Shown piece by piece: positions 48,555-58,092 of a DNA stretch of 64,000 nt. Source of the DNA: a virus (lineage: Duplodnaviria > Caudoviricetes). The position numbers were made by a program, and so were the translations under genes. Positions within the stretch are counted from its first letter, which is position 1, and every line of letters begins with the position of its first letter. The DNA lies in IMG/VR virus record IMGVR_UViG_3300017909_001210, positions 1-64,000 of that record; one strand, 5' to 3'. Below the pieces are notes generated by a model, which was not told the origin of the DNA, searched no databases, and was given only the letters and a program-made list of their open reading frames with translations.

Positions 48555-48998
48555 ATGACTTTAGATGAAATTAAAAAAGAGTGGGAAAAGGATTGTGAGA
48601 TAGACGATATCGAATTAGATAAATCGTCTTTAGAAGTTCCTAAACTCCATGCAAAATATCAAGACTTATTGTCTAGTAAGATTCTTGTTATGAAACAGTA
48701 TCAATTCAAATATGATACACTTCTAAAGAATAAGTGGTTGTGGTATAACGGAAAAATGTCACAAGAACAAATTAATGAATTGGGTTGGTCAGACGACCCT
48801 TTAGACGGATTAAAGATTATGAAAAATGATTTACAAATTTTCTATAATTCTGATAAAGATATTCAAGAACTCAATGCAAAAATCGAATACTTAAAAGTCA
48901 CAATAGATTATCTCAAAGAGTGTATGCAAAATATCACTTGGAGACACCAAACGATTAAGAATACAATCGATTGGAGAAAATTCATGGCGGGGTCATAA
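48555..48998 (+). CDS. uvsY: Recombination mediator UvsY
   Basis: W.KD..ID..EL...SL..PKLHAKY, I..R..TIKNTIDWRKF.AG. Confidence 0.9.
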   Translation: MTLDEIKKEWEKDCEIDDIELDKSSLEVPKLHAKYQDLLSSKILVMKQYQFKYDTLLKNKWLWYNGKMSQEQINELGWSDDPLDGLKIMKNDLQIFYNSDKDIQELNAKIEYLKVTIDYLKECMQNITWRHQTIKNTIDWRKFMAGS

Positions 48999-49687
48999 TG
49001 CCACTACACGAAAAACATGTTTGGATTGCAGAAGCATTTTTCACACCTTCAGAAGTAGATTCTATACTTGCAGTTGCAAATAAAAAAGATTGGGACGAAG
49101 GAAAGGTTGGTTTTAATGGTGGACAAGACCCTGATGCACAAGAATCTGATAGTGGTGCAGTAAATAGTGAAATCAGACAATCACAAGTTAAATGGTTAAT
49201 GGTTGACGAAATGAACGAAGAGTTTCACAAAAAACTCTATTCTGCAGTTCAATATGCCTGTGGAGATAATCATTGGAACTGGGAATTTACTAATTGGGAA
49301 AATTATCAATTTACAAATTATACTGCAAAACCAAATTTACCTAAAGGTGATTTTTATACTTGGCATACTGATGCAGGCCCACCAACACGTTCATCTTATG
49401 AAGACGGAAGTATTCGTAAATTAAGTTGCACAATTCAATTATCAGACCCCGATGATTATGAGGGTGGTTTATTTCAATGGTTAGAACCGACTCATACTTT
49501 CGATAGAATTCAATTGGGTCAGAGAACAGTTGGTTTAGATGATATGACTAAGACAGCACCATTTAGTGCAAAGACACGTGGTTCTATTATTCTATTTCCT
49601 TCAGACGTTCACCACCAAGTCACACCCGTGACACGTGGTTCTAGAAATTCATTAGTAGGTTGGTTGTTAGGACTACCCTATAAGTAA
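48998..49687 (+). CDS. 2OG-Fe(II) oxygenase (PKHD/P4H-like)
   Basis: YTWHTD, RKLSCTIQLSDP.DYEGG, FPS..HHQVTPVTRG.RNSLVGW; start at TAATG overlap with uvsY. Confidence 0.9.
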   Translation: MPLHEKHVWIAEAFFTPSEVDSILAVANKKDWDEGKVGFNGGQDPDAQESDSGAVNSEIRQSQVKWLMVDEMNEEFHKKLYSAVQYACGDNHWNWEFTNWENYQFTNYTAKPNLPKGDFYTWHTDAGPPTRSSYEDGSIRKLSCTIQLSDPDDYEGGLFQWLEPTHTFDRIQLGQRTVGLDDMTKTAPFSAKTRGSIILFPSDVHHQVTPVTRGSRNSLVGWLLGLPYK

Positions 49688-49688
49688 A

Positions 49689-51134
49689 ATGGTCAGAGTA
49701 TCAAAGATTGACGATGTCTTCATGAAAGTTCATTGTGACGATGGACTTGCACGTGACCTTTACGATTTCTTTTCTTTTACAGTTCCAAATGCAAAGTTCA
49801 TGCCGTCTTATAAAAATAAATTTTGGGACGGAAAGGTTAGACTCTTTTCAATAAAAACAAAAAAGATTTATATTGGTTTACTTCCATATGTAGATGAGTT
49901 CTGTAGAGAACGTGGTTTTGAGTTTGGTGGTATAGAAGAAGTAATTGGAAATAAGACAAAGATTACAGACGAAGACGTGGATTTCTTTATCAATGGTGAT
50001 GACCTAATCCCAGGCTTGGGACTTCCTTTTCAACCACGTGATTATCAGATAGACGCATTCAAGACTGCAGTTCAATATGGAAGACAATTACTACTTTCAC
50101 CAACTGCAAGTGGTAAGTCATTAATCATTTATTTGTTATGTAGGTGGTATGAGGGAGAAATGTCCTTACCGAATGCAAAAACAGTTATCATAGTTCCTAC
50201 AACTTCACTTGTAGAACAAATGACAAAAGATTTTGAGGACTATGGATATAATAAAAAGATTTGTAAGATTTATTCGGGTCAACCTGTTTTTGATTCGGAT
50301 ATCACAATAACCACTTGGCAATCATTTGCTAAGGCTCCTAAGAATGTCTTGGAAAGTTTCGACATTGTCATTGGAGACGAAGCACACTTATTTAAAGCAC
50401 AAACACTAAAAGGTATTCTAGAAAAAATGAAACACACTAGTGTTCGTTTTGGAACGACTGGAACACTAGACGGGTCAGAAGTTCATAGATTGCAATTAGA
50501 AGGTCTTTTCGGCCCAGTCAAGAAAGTCATATCGTCATACCAACTTATGAAAGAAGGAACCATTGCAGATTTAGAGATAGATTGTGTCATACTTCGTCAT
50601 ACTAAACAGAAAAAAATGTCATACCAAGAAGAAATGGATTACTTGGTATCGAATGATAGTAGAAACAAATTCATAACAAATTTAGTTGCAAGCCTTAAAG
50701 GTAATACATTGGTATTGTTTCAATACGTAGAGAAACATGGTGAAGTGTTATATCCTATGTTAGAAGGAAGAGTCAAAGACTTACACTATGTTTATGGTGG
50801 AACAGATACCGAAGATAGAGAAACAGTTAGAGAGGTTGTAGAAAAGTCAGAAGATAGTGTCATACTTGCGTCATACGGAACCTTCTCTACTGGTGTTAAC
50901 ATAAAGAAAATTGATAATGTAGTTTTTGCAAGTCCTTCTAAATCAAGAATCAGAAACTTGCAGTCCATTGGTCGTGGTCTAAGAAAGGTTGAAGGTAAAG
51001 AAAAAATGAGATTATTTGATATTGCAGACGATTTGCAATGTGATAATTTCACACTCGGTCACCTTAAAGAACGTATAAATATTTACAACGAAGAAAATTT
51101 TTCATACGAGATAAAACAATTTGACCTAGTGTAA
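49689..51134 (+). CDS. uvsW: UvsW SF2 helicase
   Basis: PRDYQ, SPTASGKS, DEAH, GTTGT, FSTGVNI, LQSIGRGLR. Confidence 0.96.
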   Translation: MVRVSKIDDVFMKVHCDDGLARDLYDFFSFTVPNAKFMPSYKNKFWDGKVRLFSIKTKKIYIGLLPYVDEFCRERGFEFGGIEEVIGNKTKITDEDVDFFINGDDLIPGLGLPFQPRDYQIDAFKTAVQYGRQLLLSPTASGKSLIIYLLCRWYEGEMSLPNAKTVIIVPTTSLVEQMTKDFEDYGYNKKICKIYSGQPVFDSDITITTWQSFAKAPKNVLESFDIVIGDEAHLFKAQTLKGILEKMKHTSVRFGTTGTLDGSEVHRLQLEGLFGPVKKVISSYQLMKEGTIADLEIDCVILRHTKQKKMSYQEEMDYLVSNDSRNKFITNLVASLKGNTLVLFQYVEKHGEVLYPMLEGRVKDLHYVYGGTDTEDRETVREVVEKSEDSVILASYGTFSTGVNIKKIDNVVFASPSKSRIRNLQSIGRGLRKVEGKEKMRLFDIADDLQCDNFTLGHLKERINIYNEENFSYEIKQFDLV

Positions 51135-51619
51135 TGGCAACTCCAAACGATTTATTAAAACAAAATTACGAAGTAGTAAAACTGAAGACTGGTTCAGAGA
51201 TTGTTGGTATGGTCAGAGAAACCAGTGAAGGTATAGACGTGACACTTCCTATGATATGTCACTTGTCTGTTCAACAACCAATCAATCAAACACTTGCAAC
51301 CTTTTATCCGTATGCACCTTTGAGTGAAGACCCAATCATTAAGATTCCTTTTGACCAAGTGTTGCATAGAAGTAATATGAATTCTCAATTTATTCCATTC
51401 TATGACGAAGCCTCTGCAAAGTGGTTGAAAATGGTTGAAGATAAAAACATTCCTTTAACAAATGACATTCATGCATCAAGAGATTACATGAGAAAAGCAG
51501 TTGACCAAATTCTTAAGAATGTCAAAGAAGAAGATTTGTATGACGAGTTATATGAAGAAGCACTCGAAGATGATTTTGCAACTGCACTCCCACCAACCGA
51601 TAAAAAGAAAATTCACTAA
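51134..51619 (+). CDS. Conserved hypothetical protein downstream of uvsW (Sm-like N-terminus)
   Basis: VVKLKTGSEIVG start, acidic tail ending KKKIH; internal late promoter in uvsW at 51074-51081. Confidence 0.7.
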   Translation: MATPNDLLKQNYEVVKLKTGSEIVGMVRETSEGIDVTLPMICHLSVQQPINQTLATFYPYAPLSEDPIIKIPFDQVLHRSNMNSQFIPFYDEASAKWLKMVEDKNIPLTNDIHASRDYMRKAVDQILKNVKEEDLYDELYEEALEDDFATALPPTDKKKIH

Positions 51620-51719
51620 TTCTATTTCTTAGGTTTTCTAATTACCTATATAGTATCGTTATTACGAAAAGTTATAACACATTATTAGTTTTAATTATAA
51701 TTTGCATAAGGAAAAAACC

Positions 51720-51887
51720 ATGACCAAAGCTATATTGATAGCGAAGAGCATGGTGAGTGAAATCGAAAACATTAGAGAATCCGAGATTACTTCAAAGGCT
51801 ATCGACGCAGTAGAATTCATAACACTGTTGACTCTTCCAATACTATTACCATTAGGTATTATGATAATATCCTCTAACGGGTATTAA
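51720..51887 (+). CDS. 55-aa membrane micro-protein
   Basis: AAGGA RBS, ATG 51720; hydrophobic FITLLTLPILLPLGIMII. Confidence 0.6.
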   Translation: MTKAILIAKSMVSEIENIRESEITSKAIDAVEFITLLTLPILLPLGIMIISSNGY

Positions 51888-51909
51888 GCAAGGTTGTGAC
51901 TAAGGGAAT

Positions 51910-52011
51910 ATGTCACAAAAAAAGATAGAATATATCAAGGAACGATTAGAGTTAATCACACTCTGTTCTATCTTTGTGCTTTCATTATTGGGAGTTAATC
52001 CTCCATCATGA
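51910..52011 (+). CDS. 33-aa membrane micro-protein (not in ORF track)
   Basis: AAGGGA RBS; MSQKKIEYIKERLELITLCSIFVLSLLGVNPPS; ATGA overlap with next ORF. Confidence 0.5.
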   Translation: MSQKKIEYIKERLELITLCSIFVLSLLGVNPPS

Positions 52012-52112
52012 TTCAATGGATACAAGACATTATCGAATTTTGTAAACAATTCCCAGGCTGGTCAGTTGCATTTTTCTTATGTGGTTATGTAATAGGGAGT
52101 GTATATTTCTAA
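52008..52112 (+). CDS. 34-aa membrane micro-protein (not in ORF track)
   Basis: MIQWIQDIIEFCKQFPGWSVAFFLCGYVIGSVYF; ATGA-coupled. Confidence 0.5.
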   Translation: MIQWIQDIIEFCKQFPGWSVAFFLCGYVIGSVYF

Positions 52113-52113
52113 T

Positions 52114-52296
52114 ATGGAATTTATAATAATACCAATTTTATCAATTATCGTGTCTGCATTGTATCTTAAGTATGCACCTATGCACGATTTACGTATGGCA
52201 ATCTATAATGCAGAAGATTTAAACGCTGCAATGAACGTAAGAAAATTGCAAAAGGAAGAAAATGAGTCTAGAAAAGAAAACATTGCAAGTAGTTAA
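52114..52296 (+). CDS. 60-aa membrane micro-protein
   Basis: MEFIIIPILSIIVSALYL N-terminal helix; starts 1 nt after previous stop. Confidence 0.55.
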   Translation: MEFIIIPILSIIVSALYLKYAPMHDLRMAIYNAEDLNAAMNVRKLQKEENESRKENIASS

Positions 52297-52435
52297 TCTT
52301 TCACCCTCAGAGGCATGGGTCGAGAAACTACATGACGTTCACCCAATGAAACAAGTTGCAGTTGCATCAGTTATTCAGATTTGTGTTTTCGGATTCATGT
52401 TATTGTCGTTTTGGACAATAGGACAATTTGTATGA
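52262..52435 (+). CDS. 57-aa membrane micro-protein (not in ORF track)
   Basis: AAGGA upstream; MSLEKKTLQVVNLSPSEAWVEKLHDVHPMKQVAVASVIQICVFGFMLLSFWTIGQFV. Confidence 0.55.
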   Translation: MSLEKKTLQVVNLSPSEAWVEKLHDVHPMKQVAVASVIQICVFGFMLLSFWTIGQFV

Positions 52436-52563
52436 GATATATAATATATACAATGGTTGCAATTACATTCTTTTACATTACAATTGGAGAAAAAGATAGA
52501 ATGGGAACCCGTGCAATCATGAGAGAGAATATTGTAGTATCGGGTGCATATATCCCTTCTTAG
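52432..52563 (+). CDS. 43-aa membrane micro-protein
   Basis: ATGA overlap; MRYIIYTMVAITFFYITIG hydrophobic start. Confidence 0.5.
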   Translation: MRYIIYTMVAITFFYITIGEKDRMGTRAIMRENIVVSGAYIPS

Positions 52564-52624
52564 TATATATCCCCGCTGGGACATAATTATTTTATCATAG
52601 ATTTCTTATTTGACAAGAGGCTTT

Positions 52625-53200
52625 ATGAAAAAAATTTCAAACTTTTTTGCTTTATCAATGACGAAGTTCTTTCGTCTTATAGCAGATACATTTTTTGCAC
52701 ATAGATACGGACACAGAGCAGTAGTCCTAGAGACTATCGCAGGTGTGCCAGGCATGGTTGCTGGTATGTGGATTCATTTAAAAAGTCTTCGTAAAATGGA
52801 AACAGGATACGGCCCAATGATAAGAGAACTACTTGCAGAGGCAGAGAATGAGAGAATGCACCTCATGTTCTTTATAGAAATCACCAAACCTAACTTTTTA
52901 GAAAGGTGGTTAGTCTTATTTTCCCAAGGAATCTTTTGGATATTCTATTTTATATTATATGTTTTCTTTCCCAAGACTGCACATAGAATGATTCATTACT
53001 TTGAAGAAGAAGCAGTAAAGTCGTATACAGAATATCTTCACATGGTAGAAACTGGAGAAGTAGAGAATGTTCCAGCACCACAACTTGCAATCGATTACTA
53101 TAAAATGAAAAAGACTGCAAAATTATCCGACTTAATCAAAAAAGTTCGTGCAGACGAACAACACCATAGTAAAATCAACTTAAAATACTCTGAAAAATAA
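52625..53200 (+). CDS. aox: Alternative oxidase (ubiquinol oxidase, di-iron carboxylate)
   Basis: RAVVLETIAGVPGMVAG, EAENERMHL, YFEEEA..SY, RADEQHH; GAGG RBS before ATG 52625. Confidence 0.92.
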   Translation: MKKISNFFALSMTKFFRLIADTFFAHRYGHRAVVLETIAGVPGMVAGMWIHLKSLRKMETGYGPMIRELLAEAENERMHLMFFIEITKPNFLERWLVLFSQGIFWIFYFILYVFFPKTAHRMIHYFEEEAVKSYTEYLHMVETGEVENVPAPQLAIDYYKMKKTAKLSDLIKKVRADEQHHSKINLKYSEK

Positions 53201-53215
53201 ATACTTAAAAACCCC

Positions 53216-53244
53216 CTTACAATATAAGGATTTTTGTGTATAAT
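53216..53244 (+). promoter_or_regulatory. sigma70-like promoter for gp55
   Basis: CTTACA-N17-TATAAT, 6 nt before ATG 53251. Confidence 0.6.
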
Positions 53245-53250
53245 AGATAC

Positions 53251-53799
53251 ATGACTACTAAAAAACAGAATGAACACTATGTTAACAACAAAGAGTTCAC
53301 ACTAGCAGTCGCCGAGTTCAACGAATCAGTTAAACTTGCCGAATCAAAGGGTAAAACACCCCCAAGAATGCCAGAATACATTGGTGAATGTATCTATAAA
53401 ATTGCGACTCGATTATCGACTCGTCCTAATTTTATCAATTACACATATAGAGATGAAATGATATGTGATGCAATTGAGAATTGTATTCAATATATCGGAA
53501 ATTTCAACAGAGAGAAATCAGATAATGCATTCGCATATATCACTCAAATCTGTTATTATGCCTTCCTAAGACGAATTCAAAAGGAGAAAAAACAAGTCTT
53601 TATCAAACAACAGGCAACAGACGCAGCTGGTATGATTACTGATGCATTTAATACTATAGACGGAGAACACGACCCAACACTTATCAATACGAATGTTGAG
53701 TGGATGCAAGAGAATATGAATCGTGTCGACTATGAACCTCGAAAGTCAAGGAAATCAACAAAAAAGAAAACATCAAACTTAGAAAAATTTACTGAATGA
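53251..53799 (+). CDS. gp55: Late-transcription sigma factor gp55
   Basis: HYVNNKEF, YIGECI.KIA.RLS.RPNF.NYTYRDEMI.DAIENC, NAFAY.TQI.YYAFLRRI.KEKKQ. Confidence 0.96.
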   Translation: MTTKKQNEHYVNNKEFTLAVAEFNESVKLAESKGKTPPRMPEYIGECIYKIATRLSTRPNFINYTYRDEMICDAIENCIQYIGNFNREKSDNAFAYITQICYYAFLRRIQKEKKQVFIKQQATDAAGMITDAFNTIDGEHDPTLINTNVEWMQENMNRVDYEPRKSRKSTKKKTSNLEKFTE

Positions 53800-54863
53800 A
53801 GATAGCATTACTGAATGATACCCATTGTGGTGTTCGTGGTGATATGATAGAAATGTCAAATTACCAAGGTCGATTTTATAATGAAGTGTTCTTCCCTTAT
53901 TTGGACGAACATGACATTAAACACATAATACACTTAGGTGATTATTTTGACCGAAGAAAGTATATAAATTTTGCTTCCATGAAAGCAAATATCAAACACT
54001 TTATCGAACCTATGAATGAACGTGATATTACTATGGACTTGATTCTTGGTAATCATGATACTTATTATAAGAATACCAACGAAGTCAATTCCCCCGAGTT
54101 ATTATTATATAACCAACCAAATGTGAATGTTATTCAAGAGTGTGAAGTAAAAGAGTATGACGGATTCAATATTGCACTTGTCCCATGGATTAATCCCGAG
54201 AACTATGCAGATGCAGTAGACTTTTTATTGTCTGCAAATGCAAGTTGGTGTATGGGTCACTTTGAGTTTGAAGGTGCATTAATGATGCCAGGCATGACAT
54301 GTCAACATGGACTTGACCATTCTTATGTAAAAAGATTTGAGAAAGTATTAAGTGGACATTTTCACCAAAAATCTGAGTTTGCAAATATCAGATATCTTGG
54401 TTCTCAAATGCAATTTACTTGGTCAGATTATGGAGATAACAAATACTTCCATATCTTTGATACTGATACACAAGAACTTTCACCTATTCTAAATCCAATT
54501 ACAATGTTTGAAAAGGCATTCTATAATGACGAGAAAGAAACTTTTGAAACTATTAGTAATGCAGATTATGAAAAATACAGAGGTAAATTTGTAAAAGTTA
54601 TCGTAGTGAATAAAGAAAACCCATATTGGTTTGATACATTCTTAGATAAATTACATTCTGCGAATCCACTACACGTTGCAGTTGTAGACGATAACAAACA
54701 CATGGATTTCTATGGGGACGATGATATAGAAGATATCGAAGACACCCTAACTATATTAAATAATTATATTGACGGACTTGAAATACAAGGAAAGAAAAAA
54801 CCACTTTCTGATTTAATGACTTCTTTATATAATGAGGCTTTGGACGAACATAACTATCTATGA
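53796..54863 (+). CDS. gp47: Recombination nuclease gp47 (Mre11-like)
   Basis: DTHCG, HLGDYFD, GNHD, GHFE, SGHFH metallophosphoesterase motifs. Confidence 0.95.
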   Translation: MKIALLNDTHCGVRGDMIEMSNYQGRFYNEVFFPYLDEHDIKHIIHLGDYFDRRKYINFASMKANIKHFIEPMNERDITMDLILGNHDTYYKNTNEVNSPELLLYNQPNVNVIQECEVKEYDGFNIALVPWINPENYADAVDFLLSANASWCMGHFEFEGALMMPGMTCQHGLDHSYVKRFEKVLSGHFHQKSEFANIRYLGSQMQFTWSDYGDNKYFHIFDTDTQELSPILNPITMFEKAFYNDEKETFETISNADYEKYRGKFVKVIVVNKENPYWFDTFLDKLHSANPLHVAVVDDNKHMDFYGDDDIEDIEDTLTILNNYIDGLEIQGKKKPLSDLMTSLYNEALDEHNYL

Positions 54864-56575
54864 TAAATTTTAAGAAAGTAAGATATAAGAACTTACTATC
54901 CAGTGGAAATAAATTTACTGAAATACAATTAGACAAACACCAAACAACACTTATCTTAGGTGATAATGGTGCTGGTAAATCTACACTTTTAGATGCATTG
55001 TGTTTTGGTTTGTATGGTAAAGGATTCAGAAATCTAAAAAAAGAACTTCTAATCAATTCTGTAAATGGTGGAGGACTCATAGTAGTCGTAGAGTTCTCTA
55101 TTGGTAGGAAACAATACAAAGTAATTCGTGGTGCAAAACCAAACAAATTCGAACTATATGTCAATGACGTGTTGGTCAATCAAGATGCAACAGTCAGAGA
55201 TTATCAAGAACACTTAGAAAAGAACATACTCAAAATGAGTTATCGTTCCTTTACTCAAGTTGCAATCCTAGGGTCGGCAAACTTTACACCTTTCATGCAA
55301 TTAAGAGCAGTTGAAAGACGTAAACTTGTAGAAGACCTTTTGGATATATCAATCTTTTCCACAATGGGAGATATCCTAAAGAAAAAGATTTCTAACCATA
55401 CTGTTGAGGTTAGAGAGAATAATCATGAAATCGAACTTCTTGAAGAAAGAATTAATGGATTGAATGAACAACTTAATGCACTTCGTGAAAATAGAGATGC
55501 AAAAATATCAAAATATGAGAACACTGTTAATGAAACTCAAGAGAATATTAATAACCTTTTGGGAGAAATAGATGAAAAGACGGAAAATGTGGTGGAGAAA
55601 AAATCCACCATCTCAGATAAAGATACTAAAGAAGATAGACTCAAACAAACAGTTGACATGGAGGCTAGACTCGAGGACGCTCGAAGAAAAGCAATTAAAG
55701 ACATTGAATTCTATGAGAACAATGACGATTGTCCCACATGCAAACAGGGTTTAGATAGTGAACACAAGAAAAAACACATTAAGGAAAAAGAGGATAAGAT
55801 TGCAGAAATCAAGGAGGCGGTGTCAAAACTCGAACTCCAAACTGAGGAACTCAATGACAGAATCCAAGAAATCAATGGAATTCAAGACGAGATAACTCAG
55901 ATTCAAAAAGAAATTGGTATTCTTCAAACAGAAGTTGTATCTAACCAAAAGTTTGTTCAAAAGATTCAGAAAGAAATTGCAGAACTAAAAGCAGAAGGAA
56001 ATGGTAATGGTGACGTTTCAGAACGAATCAACGATAGTGAAGACAAACTAGATATTCTACATGCAAAGAAAGAAACACTTACAGAGAATGGACACTACTA
56101 TGAAATTGCACAAGTGTTATTACGTGACCAAGGTGTAAGACAAAAGATTATCAAACAGTATGTTCCAATCATGAACAAACTCATAAACAAGTATCTTGCA
56201 CAATTAGAATTCTATGTAGGTTTTGAATTGAATGAAAAGTTTGAAGAAACAATCAAGTCTAGGTTTAGGGACGTATTCAAATATGATAACTTCTCACAAG
56301 GAGAAAAAATGAGAATCGACCTTGCACTTCTATTTACATGGAGAGCCGTTGCAAGAATGAAGAACTCAGTAAATACTAACTTATTAATATTAGACGAAGT
56401 TTTCGATTCTTCATTAGACTCACAAGGAACAGACGATTTCTTAAAATTACTAAACACCTTGACGGAAAAGACAAATGCATTTATCATATCTCATAAAGGA
56501 GAAACATTATATGATAAATTTAATGACGTTATTAGGTTTGAGAAATACAAAAACTTCTCAAGAATTGCAGAATAA
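54860..56575 (+). CDS. gp46: Recombination ATPase gp46 (Rad50-like)
   Basis: G.NGAGKST, CPTC hook, FSQGEK signature, LLILDEVFD, ISH. Confidence 0.96.
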   Translation: MINFKKVRYKNLLSSGNKFTEIQLDKHQTTLILGDNGAGKSTLLDALCFGLYGKGFRNLKKELLINSVNGGGLIVVVEFSIGRKQYKVIRGAKPNKFELYVNDVLVNQDATVRDYQEHLEKNILKMSYRSFTQVAILGSANFTPFMQLRAVERRKLVEDLLDISIFSTMGDILKKKISNHTVEVRENNHEIELLEERINGLNEQLNALRENRDAKISKYENTVNETQENINNLLGEIDEKTENVVEKKSTISDKDTKEDRLKQTVDMEARLEDARRKAIKDIEFYENNDDCPTCKQGLDSEHKKKHIKEKEDKIAEIKEAVSKLELQTEELNDRIQEINGIQDEITQIQKEIGILQTEVVSNQKFVQKIQKEIAELKAEGNGNGDVSERINDSEDKLDILHAKKETLTENGHYYEIAQVLLRDQGVRQKIIKQYVPIMNKLINKYLAQLEFYVGFELNEKFEETIKSRFRDVFKYDNFSQGEKMRIDLALLFTWRAVARMKNSVNTNLLILDEVFDSSLDSQGTDDFLKLLNTLTEKTNAFIISHKGETLYDKFNDVIRFEKYKNFSRIAE

Positions 56576-56588
56576 TATAAATAGTAAT

Positions 56589-58091
56589 ATGAAATCATTC
56601 TCAGAATTCAATAATCCAACATACGAAGGGGTCAAATTAGACTTACCTAAAGTTATATCTGAAGGGTCTAAAATGTCTAAAGGTGATTTATTTAAAAGAC
56701 AAAATAGACAAGGATTCATTAACAAGGCAGAAGACGGAGTATTACTGGATAAAGACGGGAATGAATTAAAGATAAGAGATAAAGACCTTTGGAACGAATT
56801 GTCTAGTGAACTTGCAAGAGCAGGTGACGAAAAAGATTTAACACTATGGACACCTAAGAACTTCAAACAAGTGTTTGGAACTACATTAGGAAATGTTCTA
56901 AAAGGTGGTAATGGTTTCTCACCCGTAAATCAAAAAAATCCAACGGGTGAAGATTGGGAAGCTGGTATTGCAGTAGGACTTCAAAAATTAGGAAAAGGTA
57001 TAGACTATAACTCACCTGAGTGGCAGAGATTCGATAAGTATTGGACTGATTGGGAAGAGTCTGCAATGAAGACTGCGATAGATTTCAAAAACAAATTAGG
57101 TATAACAGAACTCAAACAAACTGGTTCTATGAAAGTGGGTGGACTTACTAAAGAATGGAAAGGAACAAACACTACACCTAAAACCGACCTTATGGATAAG
57201 AGTGGTAAGATTAGAGTATCACTTAAAAAATCGGGTGGTTCTCAGTTAATGTCTGCTGGTAAATCAGAAGCAATATCTACAGTAGAAGCTGCAATGAGAG
57301 CATATGGAAATTCTTCCAGTGGTCAAAAAGAAGCACAAAAGTTAGTCAAAGAACTAGAAAAGAAAATGATTAAGTTATCTCATAAAGGTGCTGTAGGTGA
57401 TTTAGAACAACTCAAGGGTAAAGACAGTATATCAAGAGAAGAAGAAGAGAAACTTGCAGAATTAGATATTGGTCATAACTTTGCAAAAGAATTAAATGAA
57501 AGAATTGAAAAAACCTTTAACAATAATGACGACTTGAAAAAACTTTTTTGTTATGAAGCAGCGACAGGTCATGCAAAGTTTGGTAAAGATACTTGGCCAA
57601 CTGCTACAATGATTGCAACCTTCTATGAAGGTGGTGGTTTATCTCACGTTCAAAAATTAACAGACCCAATCAAACATGGTGGAGCACTTGCCTCAGGAAA
57701 TGATTTTTATGTATCATTTAAATCAAGTGGTAAAAGTTCACCATACTTATCTTTAAGAAGTAAGAAAGCAAAACAAAAACTAAACATGGACACCCTCTCA
57801 GACATTGTATATAACGAGTGTGGTAATTCGAATCTATTTTTAACAGAAGAGGTTGAAAATCTCACTGAATCTCAGTTAATAAATAAACTTATAAAAATGT
57901 CAAAAGACTTTTCTTCAAAAGTTGCAAGAACAGCTAAGAAGATTCTTGGAGAAATAACTAAGAGAATACAAAGTGCATTTAACTGGATTAAGAAACAAGG
58001 TCAAAAAATATGGAATGCAATATTGTATTTCTTTGGATTCGAAATATCAAACGTGCAAGTCAAAGGAGGAGGGGTTTACCCGTTAGTATAA
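56589..58091 (+). CDS. 500-aa hypothetical late protein, PD-(D/E)XK-like motif
   Basis: Start reassigned to ATG 56589, 5 nt after TATAAATA (56576-56583); EDWE...PKTD...VSLKK motif. Confidence 0.65.
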   Translation: MKSFSEFNNPTYEGVKLDLPKVISEGSKMSKGDLFKRQNRQGFINKAEDGVLLDKDGNELKIRDKDLWNELSSELARAGDEKDLTLWTPKNFKQVFGTTLGNVLKGGNGFSPVNQKNPTGEDWEAGIAVGLQKLGKGIDYNSPEWQRFDKYWTDWEESAMKTAIDFKNKLGITELKQTGSMKVGGLTKEWKGTNTTPKTDLMDKSGKIRVSLKKSGGSQLMSAGKSEAISTVEAAMRAYGNSSSGQKEAQKLVKELEKKMIKLSHKGAVGDLEQLKGKDSISREEEEKLAELDIGHNFAKELNERIEKTFNNNDDLKKLFCYEAATGHAKFGKDTWPTATMIATFYEGGGLSHVQKLTDPIKHGGALASGNDFYVSFKSSGKSSPYLSLRSKKAKQKLNMDTLSDIVYNECGNSNLFLTEEVENLTESQLINKLIKMSKDFSSKVARTAKKILGEITKRIQSAFNWIKKQGQKIWNAILYFFGFEISNVQVKGGGVYPLV

Positions 58092-58092
58092 T

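Noticed and set aside
52625-53200. Plastid terminal oxidase implying a cyanophage
   Set aside because: Motif is AOX-type (GVPGMV), and no psbA, hli or other cyanophage markers occur in the window.
56475-56588. Track start for the 538-aa ORF
   Set aside because: It overlaps the gp46 C-terminus by 100 nt; ATG 56589 follows a late promoter at the spacing seen for other genes.
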